A DNA stretch of 64,000 nucleotides, taken from positions 616,546 through 680,545 of the forward strand of contig NW_019217896.1 of NCBI RefSeq assembly GCF_002571385.2, written 5' to 3'. The notes beneath the pieces are model-generated. The model was not told where the DNA came from. It worked only from the letters and a program-made list of their open reading frames with translations, and did not search any database. This document shows, in pieces, positions 1 to 12,634 of this stretch. The translations under genes and the position numbers were made by a program. The DNA comes from Stylophora pistillata. Lineage: Eukaryota. Every line of letters begins with the position of its first letter. The first letter of the stretch is position 1.

Positions 1-70
1 AGCTTAGTAGCCAAAGGAGCCGAGCTTAGTAGCCAAAGGAGCCGAGCTTAGTAGCCAAAGGAGCCAAGCT
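1..70. repeat. 22-bp tandem repeat x3
   Basis: AGCTTAGTAGCCAAAGGAGCCG repeated at the window edge. Confidence 0.9.
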
Positions 71-549
71 TATTGTATTGTAACCTTGCTTTTCTAACCT
101 TACCTTGGGGGGTCTATGTAACTACCTTCATTAGTAGTAACTGGAGGTTTCACTCCATAGCAAGTTGACGCCCTGTAGTAAAACAAGTTTGTCCCTCCCC
201 CTGCCCTACCCTTACAAATAATTTGTCCCCAAAATCTCATGACTCATTTCCTTACAGCTGGAGGTATACTGTTGGAGTTGTGATAATTCACATTCTATTT
301 CAGTCAGCATGAAATCTCACAGAAGAACTATAACAAAGTTCAAGCAACATGCAAATTACCAGCTGTTTATAAAAAATTACAAGTTGCTTGAAACACATCA
401 TGAATTTTCTGTAAATTAGTATGATTTGAACAAAAAAGGAATATGTTCCACTATCAGTAAATGAGTCGAAAGATTTGGGGGAAACTGGTAAAGGTGGCGG
501 CAAACTTTCTCTACATCAGGAGATGAACTTGCAAAGGAGATAGGAGACA

Positions 550-971
550 CATGGTTCGTACAATCTTGAAAAGGTCTTGAATTTTTAACAGTCATCTTGA
601 AGAGTCCTTGAATTTGGTTAAGTCCTTGAAAAGTACTTGATTTCTTTAGTAGGTCATGAAAAGTCCTTGAAATTTAGCAACTTCTTTGCGCCTTATGGCT
701 TTTCTGATAAGTTAATAAACGATTTTGCTATGGAAAATTTGTCCACCAGTAACTACCAAAAAAGCGAAAATGTAGTGGTTTGGCTATGTTTGGTCGAGGA
801 ATTTTTCATTTCCCTTTGTTTTCAATTTAATTGAGCGATTGGCAAATGTGTATTCAATCATAAATGGTTTAGATTTCTGAATTAAACTTAGTCCTTGAAA
901 ACCATTTTTTGTCCTTGAAAATTCCTTGAAAAGTCCTTGAATTTTGTTTGTCTGAAGTTGTACGAACCATG
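550..971. mobile_element. MITE with 14-bp TIRs
   Basis: CATGGTTCGTACAA...TTGTACGAACCATG, flanked by direct GAGACA; subterminal AAAGTCCTTGAA repeats. Confidence 0.85.
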
Positions 972-1182
972 GAGACAAATCTGCAATGGGGTAAAACTTC
1001 CAGAAACACTATCAGCTCATACACTGTAGTTGATAAACAACAAAATCTTGACTTGTCTGGTCATGCGGCAGATCTTTCAGTAATTTACCAAATACCAATC
1101 AAACTTTTTTAAGTTAATATGAAAAGTGGCAAGGAGATATAAAGCCAACTTGTAAAATTGCCGTCTAGTTTTGTTGTGTCTA

Positions 1183-1470
1183 CAGCCGTCAGGTTAGTTC
1201 ATGTTGTAGAGTGCCGAACTGCTGTGTTTAAGCCCCAGACCTGACCAACACTCTGGGTCTTAAAATAACTGAGGAGAATGTGCTACATTTGCTATGACAT
1301 CTGCAGTGGTCAGACATTCTAGTCTGATCAGATAAGGACGAAAAACCTGAGGCCCCACCTCCTGTAACTACTTGGACAGTACTGGTTAGCAGGGGACGTT
1401 AAAGAACCCACACAATTATCTCAAAGAGTAGGGAATGTAGCTCCGGGTGTTGTGGTCTGGGCTTGATTCT
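1183..1470 (+). mobile_element. tRNA-derived SINE, degenerate
   Basis: tRNA-like head (GGTTAGTTCATGTTGTAGAGTG) then body ACCAACACTCTGGGTCTTAAAATAACTGAGGAGAA...GGGACGTTAAAGAACCCACAC, recalled as a common anthozoan SINE. Confidence 0.6.
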
Positions 1471-1643
1471 GATAATAGGGGCATCTCCGAAATTTCCTTC
1501 GAAAATTGTAACTGCTCAATGCAGTCTGACTAAAGTCCCCCCACAAAGTGTTAAATTGGAAGAGCCACATAGTGGAGATGTAATACAGATATTGTATTGC
1601 ACTGTCTGCTTACTGAAACTTTTTTTCAACTTTTCATGAGCAG

Positions 1644-4600
1644 CTCGTCGTGTATCCTCCACCAGATACCATGCACCGTTACAAAGACTTCATTCCCGTG
1701 TCAGAAATCTGGATAAACTGGAGAAAACAGATAGAGGATCTTCAGAGCACAAGAGAAAATCTCGAGAAGGTATTCGTGTCCTTCCTAAAATCAAAGAGGA
1801 TCAGGTGTCACTTGGAGTTGAAGATGACAAAGAAAATGAAAAAGTTTTGAAACCTGTCCATGAAAGCAAACATCATCATCGACACCATGGGCGACACCAT
1901 AAAGACCACAAAGAGCGTAAAGGACATAAGGATATGAAAGATGCTGGCGAAAAGAAACCTCATCATCATCATCACCATCGTCATCATCATCACCATCCAC
2001 GCCCTGTCTTGCATCATCACAGAACCATATCAGAGAGGGAGCAATTGGAATCCAGGCTGCGCTCAGGAACATTGACGCTTAAAGAGATTGAGCCAATCCA
2101 GGAACGTTTAGCAACTGAAAAAGATGAAGCAAGCTTTCTGGCCAAAAGAGATTTGGAAGAAATGGCATGTAAGTAGAATTAGGCATTAAAACTGAGTATT
2201 AGTATTCAGATATCAAGAGATAAAAGGTCAGGGAAAACATTTTGGGTCTAATTCAACATCTGAGAGAAAGTAACATCTTATTTCAGATAATGTCACTCAT
2301 TAATCACACATTTCTTTACCTTCTGACACCAAGGAGTGACCACCATCTAGTTTCTCCTATTTTATATCAAACTGTGTTTCTTAGAGTACAAATAACGTAT
2401 GAGACAAGTACAAATACCACACAATATTTGTACTCCAGAAATATCAGCGAAATTCACCTGCACTGAAATAACAATTTGGAGTGTTGGATAGTAAATCTCT
2501 TATCAGATGTTTTGTTGTGTAGGTATTGCTGAGTATTTTTACTCGTTGTTTGTAATTTTGACTCACCCTTCAGGCTCATCAAAATATAGCACAACTTGTA
2601 AAAATAATCAGCGGTATTATGCAACAAAATGTCTAATAAGATACATGTATTATCACCCCCAAATCACTCATTAAGGTCACAAGAATTATAGAAATGATCA
2701 CCAACTGGAGAAGCTCTTGATTTTTAAACAAACTCCAAACAGTATGGAGAATGTTAGGGTGTAAAGGTTTAACAGATTATTTCTTTTGCGCAGGGCATCG
2801 TTTTGAGGACCTAAGAGGCCTCAGAAGGAGGCGCCCTCATCTTCCACGGCATAAATCTGGCATGTCAACTCACTTCAGCAGCACAGACATCAGCAAAAGT
2901 TTGCAGAAATTTCCCGTAAAGTATGACCACAGTCCTCATGAGGTATATTGAAATGAAAACTCTATTGGAACTTTTGAATGTTTGATGAGGCACAGGGGAA
3001 GAAACCCCAGAGCTCAAAAAGTTTGTTCTTCATAACCTCATGCAAGTCTATGGTTTCACCTTAATTCTATTTAGTGTCTGCTGTACAATTCTTTTGATGT
3101 TAATTGGAAGAATTTGGTATTGAATCAACTAATAATCCCATACTTGTTATTTTTTCCCTCCTCCAAGTCTGTTGTTTTACCCTTTCTCTCCGAAGGTCTT
3201 ATATTAAGTAATTCTCCATACTGCCTGCCCAACCATTCTTGTGCTGTTAATTGGAAGAATTTGGTATTGGATCAACTAATAATCCCTTACTTGATATTTG
3301 TATTTAATCTCATGAGTTGTATGCTTGGCATTGTAATGACATTGTATAGATATTTTACAAATGATACATTAACTGAGTAACTATTTATTTTACTCTATTT
3401 GCAAAATAACCAGGCATTTATTGAGTTAGAGCAATTGACAAAGCATGGCGAGGAGATGGAATGGAAGGAGACGGCCCGGTGGATAAAATTTGAAGAGAAT
3501 GTTGAAGATTCAAACCGTTGGGGAAAGCCGCATGTGGCCTCGCTCACCTTCCATAGTCTACTTGAACTGCGCAAAGGTCTAGAGAAAGGTATGATAACTC
3601 CAGCTCGTTAACCAGAATTTGAAGTTGAAAGGTCCTGCCTTTTTGTCATTAACTGAGATAAAACTTCCCAAATGAGCGGTCTAGTAACCTAAATAAAATA
3701 CTTGCTCATTCAAACAAGCTAAAATTTTATCTATAAACAGAAGGCAAATCATATTGCACTAACTGGTCTCATTCGAAGAGTTCCTTATTAAGAGAGAAAA
3801 AAAGTGAGGCACATTGGCTGTTATGTTGAAGAGAACCACCAGATTCACTGTTTATGAGGCTCATTGATGCTTTATGAAGTTACCAGTACAATAAGAGAAA
3901 ATAGGCTTAACCAGTAACTCTTTGATATGAAAGAGTGACCAGCATCTATTTTCTCTATACGATGTCACCCCTCAATCAAACATTAAGGTCAGGAGAATAC
4001 AGATGATGATCATCAACTAAAGAAGCTTTGATTGTTAAACAAATTCTGCTTGTCAGCTCCTTAGGAAATGTATAGAGAACAGTATGGAGAATATGCATAC
4101 TGATGTTAGGGTGTAAAGAGTTAAGAATTACCCTCTTTTTGATGTCATAGGTACTGTATTGCTGGACTTAGAGAAATTTGATCTGCCAAGTATTGCTGAA
4201 GCAGTAGTAGAAAACATGGTGATTACAGACCAGATAAGTCAGACAGACAGTAATAAAGTCCTGGCAGCATTGCTTTTACGGCATAGACATCAGTATCAGA
4301 TGTCTCCTCCTATTGCCCGACGGCCATCATCATATAATCTTTTGGCTTTGGCAAGGAAGGACTCCAAACACCCAATAGAAGATTCTGAAAATAAAGTGTT
4401 AGAACCTGAAGAAGGTGAAACGTTGGGTGATGGAGCTATCCGGCTAAAGATTGATGAAAGTGACAGTGATTTTCCTGGGCAAGAAATCAGTCCGGTAAGT
4501 CACACAAGCCTTGCCATTGCCAGCAGGGTTTATTGTTGAAATTGGTCAAAGAGGGCCCAGTAGACGCCATTTTCTTGTTTTAGGGGAGCTTTATCAAGAT

Positions 4601-7600
4601 AGCAAGCTCAAGAAAGAAGGTTCCCTAAAATGTGATTGCTTCTGGTTGTTAAAGGGGCAATGTTGTCTTTCTCTTTAGAGTTAATTAACTAATATTTCTT
4701 CGATAGTTATCACTGAGTGGTGATGAAAAACAAGATCAGAAGGCAGAAGTGTCCTTTGCACCAGAACCTGCTGTGGTAGAAGGAGGTTCTGGAAAACAAG
4801 AATCAGATGTCAAGTCAAGAATTCCTGAAGGAGCAGAGGCTACTACTGTCCTTGTAGGAACACTCGATGAACTCCAATATCCAGTTGTAGCATTTGTTCG
4901 TCTCGCCAAAGGGTGCCCCTTGAATATCACAGAAGTGTCCATTCCTGTCAGGTTCATGTTTGTGTTGTTGGGTCCAAGCTCGGAGGAAGAGTCTTACTAC
5001 GAAATTGGTCGGTCCGTGGCCACCCTAATGTCAGATCAGGTCTGTTATATTCAGATTCATTTAATGAGCTGAATTATGTATTTTGATTGACTGTTACCTA
5101 TGATCTACTATTAGAGGACAGACGTAGAGATGATGTCACCAGTTACTCCTTAACTTTCAAGATCTGATCGTTAATTCTCCCCTCTAGCTGCTACACATTT
5201 CCTTGTAAAGGAAAAGAGAATTTGGTGTTAGATCAAGATAACAATTTCTACCTGATAAGCTTGAGTATTCTCGTTACCTATTTTTCTGGATAATGTAGGG
5301 ATATTATAGAGAGAAGTTTCGTGTTAATCACCTATGTTGCCATGGGTCTGTACAGTAATGGCTTACAGAAAACGTCAAAATGTAGCAAGAACATCAGTGA
5401 CACACGGGGCTGGGCTTCTTGTGCCACCTTTTTGTTCTCATCACATTCTAAGGGGTNNNNNNNNNNNNNNNNNNNNNNNNNNNNNNNNNNNNNNNNNNNN
5501 NNNNNNNNNNNNNNNNNNNNNNNNNNNNNNNNNNNNNNNNNNTATTATCGTAACGGTGGCCAATTTACCATTTCAACTTTGTTGATATATTCAAATTATT
5601 TCGTTACCCCCACCGACGCAGCCCCAAACGGTTTCTTTAGAAACTATCAGCCTTTATTTATTGGTAGCCTGAGTTAGTTTTTACAATAACTATGTCACAA
5701 TGAATACATATATATATTCTTGTAAGAAGTTTAAAAATTTTTTCCAGGTGTAAAACGGACAACAAGAACCTGCATTTCATAAGTAGGCAGTCAAATTTGA
5801 TCGTATACTTTTTTAAAACGCCAAAATTCTCCGTAAGATCGTTTAGGGCTAGAGAATGCTTGTCGCAAATATTGCTTGCCAATTTAGGAAGAAGTGTTTT
5901 TGTGTTCTTGAACACGTTAGTGCAGATGGCGGTGAGCGAAACCAGTTTTGTTCTTGTGTAATTAAACCTAGTTTAAGCTGCAGTCATATTTTGCTTTCAA
6001 AAGTTTCACGAACTTTAACACTGTATATAATGGAAAAAGGGTAGATATAGAGAGAGGATCTACACAGTTAGAAGTAATTGTTTTGTGTGGTTTTCATGTT
6101 TCAGGCATTTCATGACATTGCATATCGCGCAGATTCTCGGGAAGACCTCCTGTCAGCTATCAATTGTTTCTTGGATGACACGGTTGTATTGCCGCCTGGA
6201 GAGTGGGATCGTAACGTGTTGCTTCCAATCCTCATTGCTCAAAGCAGAGCTATGGCACGAAGAAGAAAGATGGCTAAAGCTGGTAAGGACAAATTTGGTG
6301 GATGTTTGTGTTTGATTCAGTGTGACTAAAAGATCTCGACGACAGGCGAAAATTTTGTGAACAGACAATGTTTAGGCCGGTAAGGTAATACTCTCAACGA
6401 AGTGTCTACTAGTTACAGGGTGGCTGGGATTTTGAAGTTCTTGACGATAAGATGTTAGGATACTAGAGCGCATTTTTTTAAAGTGTCGTAATACCAAAAC
6501 TATTGTAATTACAAGAGCCAATCAGAACAAGGTAAATTATAACAAGAACCAGTAGGAATTTAAATTAAGAACAAGCCAACCGCTTGATTAATTGAGAAAG
6601 TGGCACGAGGTTTCTTGAATAATCACAGAGCGGTACAAGGCAACACAAAGCGCGGGAAAACGCGAATGGTGAGCTCGTGGTAGGTTTTAGTTTGAATCTG
6701 ATTGGTTGAGAAGTTGGCGCGAGTTTTTTGGACCAATCACAGAGCGAAGTAAGGCGACAACAACGCAATCCCGAATTATTTTCGACTCTGAATTAAAAAT
6801 TGCTCTGTATCGTCGTTTACAGCTCTCGCTGCAGTTGCTGAGGAACAAGAAATAGACCCATTGGAAAGAACAGGTTCATTCTGTGGTGGCCTTGTGGAAG
6901 ACATCAAAAGACGAGCTAAAGTTTACCTCAGTGACTTCAAAGATGGACTTAATTTGCAGTGTCTCCTAACGTCGATATTCCTTTATTTTTCTGTCTTTGC
7001 TCTTTTGGACAAGAAAACTACCTCAGTGACTTCAAAGATGGACTTAATTTGCAGTGTCTCCTAACGTCGATATTCCTTTATTTTTCTGTCTTTGCTCCCA
7101 ATGTTGCGTTCGGTAGTCTTTTGGACAAGAAAACTGATGGATGGCTTGGTGTGTCAGAAGTAATTCTAGCTACTTGCATGTGTGGAATTTTGTTTGGTCT
7201 TCTTGCGGGACAGCCACTGATTATTATTGGCGCTACAGGGCCTGTGTTGGTTTTTGAGCAGACTATTTATGAGGCAAGTGTACGGCAACATCTGTTTACT
7301 TTCTCTATTCTGTCTTCATTTCGTGATCCACGGATTGACAAAGAAAAAAACCAAAAAAAAAAAAAACCGAGAGCAGGACGGAAATTTCAAATTCTCTTTC
7401 CATTAAAATGAGACACGACTGCCTATTCCATGCGCCATCGGTAGCCGCTTATGGTAAAAGTTATGGGAACCCCTGCATCATATGCTTGGATGGAGAATGG
7501 AATGGTGAATTGAGTAACGAGTTTGTTGTTTTTATTTTACATCTTTTCTTTAGTTCTGTAATGTTTACAACGTGGAATTTCTTCCATGGCGCTGTTGGAT

Positions 7601-10600
7601 TGGCTTCTGGGTCATGATGATCCTGTTTGGGGTGGTTGCTTTAGAAGGCTGTTTTCTTGTACGATATTTCACCAGGTTTACAGAAGAAATCTTCGCTTGT
7701 CTGATCTCTGCTATCTTCGTCTATGAGGCCATACACTTTTTAGAAGTGGTAAGATATTTACAGAAATTTAGTTTTACTTATTATAACTGATTTTTTAGTA
7801 TTAAGTTTACGTGTGTAATGAACTAAATTATTCGCTGTAGGTTTTCAAGAAAAATCCTTTGCAGAAAACGTACACAGAATCACCTAAATCTCCTGAATAT
7901 GAAGTGAAGGGGCAACCAAACACTGCTCTTCTTTCCACCATCATGGTTCTGGGAACATTCTTCGTTGCCTTTTACCTGCGGAAGTTCAGAACAAGCTACT
8001 TTTTTGGGAAAAAGGTTTGTAGTGATCACAACTAGCGTGTGGTGTATATTCCCTCTCAAAGTTGAAAATATGTAAGGCACCTAGGCCCGGTTATGTTATT
8101 AAAAAAAACCGCGTTCTAATCTATCTTGAATTTAGCTCAATCTTTAATCTGAACATTCAGTTTTGTAAACACTGTCTAGAGGACCGAAAGCTAGCTGTGG
8201 AAGAACATTTATTTAATGAAAAAACCTCCTATAGAGAATGCGTAAGGCCCAGTGCTTGCGTAAAACTGCAATTTGGGTTAGACCTCGTGTAAATAACCGT
8301 ACTTTAATGTTATGCAGCCTTGTTATACCTTTTAATTACTCAAGCTCGATTCTGAAACTCAGGTTGCTATATGTTAGCCAGATTCTGTCGATTGAAATTT
8401 AGCTTAGAATCCGTAAGTTTCAAGTTTAAAATTTGAGTGGAGGTTGACTTGGTATATAACTCCCATAACCATATAGTAAATTCTTGCTTCCAGCCGTTAT
8501 ATGTTTTCTTTGGGATGAGTGGAGAGAATTTTGCGTTCCCTCAAGACAAAACCGTCCAGCTGTGTGGTTTCTTTCTCCTCGCAACCTTTTTTCGAGAGCA
8601 ATACTCAATTGAGTGTCGAAGGTTGTTGGTTTTACTTTTCTTTGCTTTGTAATTGGCTTAGAAAACTCCCGCTATTCGGCTCTCAAACAATCAAATTCAA
8701 ATATAAGACTAATCGCGTCTTGATCAAAACCGTCTTCCCGCGCTTCATGCAGTTCACTCGTTTTAAACGTGAGTCGTCATTGGCCCCTTGTAAGATATCG
8801 ATTGTTTTGATTGGCCGTTGCGTATTCTTTGCCTTTGGTGTCCATTACTCAATCGGAGAAGCTTCTGGATTTAAATGGAGCTAAGCACAGGATGTCGGGA
8901 TCCTTAGAGCTCAATAAGACTCGACTTTTTTTTCTCAGGCCAGAAGACTTGTAAGCGACTTTGGCATAGTCATAGCCATGGCTTGTATGTTACTCGTGGA
9001 TGTCTTTCTTTACGATAAAGTCGTCACGCAGAAGATTACCATTGGTGATCCTACGAAAAGAGGTTTTTTACCAACAAGATACACAGAGAGAGGCTGGTTT
9101 ATTAACCCTGGAGGGATGAAAAGACCCATGGAACCTGGCTGGATTTTTGCGGCCATAATTCCAGCCTTGTTCGTGGGAATCTTGCTGTTTATGGAAACTG
9201 AACTGACGGGAGTGCTCTTGAACAAGAAAGAAAACAAACTTTTAAAGGGCGCCGGCTTTAATTTGGACCTAATCGTTATGGGATGTCTGTCGTTTGTTTG
9301 CTCCATGATGGGGCTGCCATGGATGTGCGCGGCGACTGTCCGGTCGGTGTCACACTTAAATGCGCTGTCTATCTGGAGTACGTCTCAAGCTCCTGGCGTT
9401 AAACCACATCTGGTCGAGGTCAAAGAACAGAGGGTTACAAACATTGCCATACACGTGTTGACAGGTCAGTTCAATGGGTTTTGTGAACGAATTTTAACAG
9501 CGTGTCGAAAGTTATGGGGTCACGTTGGTTTTCTCTACTTTGCTCTGTGATGGGGTTTAGAGAATTTGCGCCACGTTTTAACCAATCAGATGTAGTACCA
9601 GCGACTTGGGTAAAGGGGTAAACATCTTAAGAAGCTGTAGTGCTGCGTCGGTTGAGGCTGGGGTTCTACCAAATGATTTAGTTTAATCAACTGAGTCGGT
9701 AATGTAAATGGGCTTCCGTAAAGGGTTTCTAAAGCTGTCGTTTCGAGCCTTAGCCCTTTGTCAGAGCCAGCTCTTCGTTAGCTCTTCGAACGGTTGCGAT
9801 TGAAACTTCAAACTGCCTACATACACACACAAAAAAGAAATAAAAATTACCAAAATATGAAAAATAAAATAGGATTTGCGGTGCACATTCCACCATGTGG
9901 CTCTTCTTGTCCACTGTTTCCAATTCGAATTGGAATTTAGAATGTTGATAAACCAAAGAATTTTGTATTGGCGACTTGGTTATGACTGTTTTCCCGCGCG
10001 ACGAGCATATGGCTCGTTTTTTCTTCGAGTTTTCATTGGCTCCTAGTGATTCTTCCTTTGTTCTGATTGGCTGTTATGACAAATTACGACACGTGGCGTG
10101 GTTTTTCTTTAAGTTTTCATTGGCCCCTTGAAATTTTTCCTTTGTTCTGATTGGTTGTAACGGACGTTTTGGTCGATTGCAGGGGTTTCCATTCTACTTG
10201 CTCCAGCTCTTCATCGTATCCCCGTCGCAGTCATGTTTGGTGTACTGTTCTATCTTGGTGTTTGTTCCTTGTCTGGTATTCAGCTCGTCGACAGAATAAT
10301 TATGATGTTTATGCCCCCAAAGTATCACCCAGATGTGCAATATGTTAGAAAGGTAAGCTGCTACAGACACAGCGATCGAACACAGGACATGCGCAAGGGA
10401 ATTAATTTCGTTCAGCCGTGCGCCAATTTCCCGCGCAAAATTTCAAAGGAAAACATGAGAAACAATAGCTGTCACGCAAAATAAGCAATAGAAAATGGAA
10501 ACATGCATAGAAATCTGAAAAGGAAACAAAAAAATTACGGGTTCCCTCCTTATTTATCATTTTGTTTTGAGCTTTACCGAGAAAGCTTCGCGGTTTTCAA

Positions 10601-11909
10601 ACACCACGACCTACTCGCGCTCGTGTCTGTTTTCATGATAACTTGATTTTGACACCCTTAAAACACGTCACCTACCTCTACAAACTCGCAAGTGCACAGA
10701 CGTTTGGCCGCCTTGCTGCTGCTACGATACGTACAGCAGTTTTTTCGATAGTGACTTTGACGTTGATGAACGATATGATAAACGATGTTGATTTTGAATA
10801 CTAGCACACGCGAGGCGTTATTCAGCTGCAGCAGCTAGCAGACAGGACTCGTTCAAAACTGTAGCGTCTTCATTGCTCTGTAAACTTACCATGTGCGCAA
10901 TAAATGGATGATACGTAAACAAAAAGCGAAAGATAGCGTGCGCCCGCGTTGATAGCGCGCCTATCTTCCAATGTCAAACGAGAAAAGTTCATGTGCATTT
11001 ATTCGTGATTCGTACCATTTTTTTCCTTAGGTCAAAACCCGAAAGATTCACTCGTACACAATCATCCAAGTCGTCTGCCTGATTCTCCTCATCGTGGTCA
11101 AGTTAAACGTCATCGCTCCGTCATTTCCATTTTTCATCATATGCTTGATTCCTCTTCGCAAAGTTTTGACAAAGTTTTTTGAACAGAATGAACTCGAAGA
11201 GGTACGTCAATTTTTTATTCCTTTATCCCAAGATGGGATTGTTAATTCTCCCCTTTAGCTACCACACATTTCCTTGTAAATTAGTTACGAGAATTTGGTG
11301 TTAGATCTACTTGATAAGTTTGAGTATTGTCGTTACCTTTTTGCTGGATAATGTATCGATATTGTAAGGTAGTGTAGAAAAATGTTCGTCTCACTTCGTG
11401 CGAGACAAACTGGTCGACCAAAATGAACATTCATATTGTCGCCTACAGAAAGGTACTGAATTTGGAATCTGTCGATTATGATACATAAAGTTATACTTAA
11501 CTTAGACATCGGACGTGTTTCTTGACTTTCTTCATTTGATACGTGCACTTTTCACAGCGGCAGTCACATAGCTTTGTGCTTATCGTGTGAAAACCCTGAG
11601 ACGTTTGTTATGCAGTGACTCAATAACTCGTTATGTGGCAAGCTAACTGAAGTTGATTTAGTCTCAGAGGGAAATGGCCCGTAAGTGCCCCTGGATAGGA
11701 TGCTAATCCATCACAGAGCCCCCTCCCCGTCCCCCCCCCCCTCCTCAGAGTATCTTTTCGATTCAAAGACGCGTTAACCTCCAGGCCATTGCATCTCCCG
11801 GAGCCAACTCGAAATTCTAAAATCATTTTCCTGACAGCTTGACAATGAAGAGCTACCTGACGATGATAGCGACCTGGACGAGTACGACAGCGTGTACATG
11901 CCAGTGTAA
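1644..11909 (+). CDS. SLC4beta: SLC4 anion exchanger / bicarbonate transporter, AE2-like (probable coral SLC4beta); 5' end not located; frameshift in exon 7 as assembled
   Basis: 13 phase-consistent exons: 1644-2168, 2794-2942, 3414-3588, 4151-4494, 4707-5039, 6105-6282, 6823-7273, 7554-7748, 7841-8014, 8939-9464, 10183-10352, 11031-11201, 11838-11909. Band-3 motifs: [72 protein letters not shown]-terminus [10 protein letters not shown]. First visible exon opens in phase 1 without ATG, so the start is further upstream. About 1120+ aa if the 95-bp duplication is removed. The beta label is inferred from ancestral-type termini. Confidence 0.93.
2498..2641. mobile_element. Short MITE
   Basis: TCTTATCAGATGTTTTGTTG ... 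CAACAAAATGTCTAATAAGA inverted termini. Confidence 0.65.
3907..4124. mobile_element. TTAA-flanked ~210-bp MITE family (piggyBac-like), representative copy
   Basis: TTAACC...GAGTTAA termini. Related copies near 2310-2500, 2650-2773, 3180-3350, 5145-5345, 11220-11370, 32164-32374, 37207-37353, 37635-37760, 42985-43560 and 45480-45641. Confidence 0.7.
6924..7097 (+). repeat. Exact 79-bp direct duplication inside SLC4 copy-1 exon 7 (net +95 bp)
   Basis: 6924-7002 = 7019-7097; the spacer TCTTTTGGACAAGAAAACT copies 7117-7135. Confidence 0.95.
9625..9767 (-). mobile_element. Penelope-derived repeat with degenerate hammerhead-ribozyme motif
   Basis: Minus strand CTCTGACAAAGGGCTAAGGCTCGAAACGACAGCT; same family at 5550-5645 (+) and 35268-35312 (-). 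Confidence 0.6.
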
Positions 11910-12356
11910 AGGATACGGACATATTTGGAGAAGAAGTGACCCTTGGAGAACACAGCATTATGGTGATGGCATAATTTTGATGATGATCTTCATTGATTCA
12001 AACCGTGAAAGGGGTGCTGTTACATATCAATAGTTTCCTTGTAGCTCTTGTATCAATTTTTTTTTTGAGATGCAGAGTGCAAAAAAGTGTTACACGCAAA
12101 GCACTGCAAATTGAATGTGACCCAACATTCTCACGGTTGAGGCGAAAAGGGACTTCATTCATACAGGTTCTTGCAAGGAGTGCTCCGTGAGGGTCAATCC
12201 TTTAAAAAACCCTTCCAGAAATCTTGTAGGAGGACCCTCTTTATGGGAAACCCTACTGAAATATCCGGAGGGACTTCAGAAGTGCCCCAACACGACCATT
12301 TTTTAGAGGTGCCTCGGTCTTTCGTAACTAACTTTGTATAATTGTTCAGCTAGAGA

Positions 12357-12634
12357 TAGAGCGCCTTTCGAGTGAGTGTCGTAAAACCAAAACCAAACCA
12401 AACCAATCAGAAGAAAGGAATATACCTTAAAGAGCCAATGAGAACTCAAACTAAAAACTAACAAACTACCTTAAAGCGCGGGAAAACGCGGGTGAGCGAT
12501 AGTCGTGATTGGCTTTTGCATCTGATTGGTTGAAAGAATGGAGTGAGTTTTTTGGACCAATCACACTGAGCAAAGGAAAGCAAATGGAAAAAAGATCCCG
12601 GATTGCTTTCGACACTCAATTGAAAACTGCTCTA
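12357..12634. mobile_element. TAGAGCG...GCTCTA MITE family rich in CCAATCA/TGATTGG, representative copy
   Basis: Inverted termini TAGAGCGCCTTTCGAGTGAGTGTCG / CGACACTCAATTGAAAACTGCTCTA. Other copies ~6465-6807, 8595-8865, 9495-9600, 9970-10160, 13946-14190, 36075-36280, 38822-39060, 41370-41620, 42505-42590. Confidence 0.8.
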
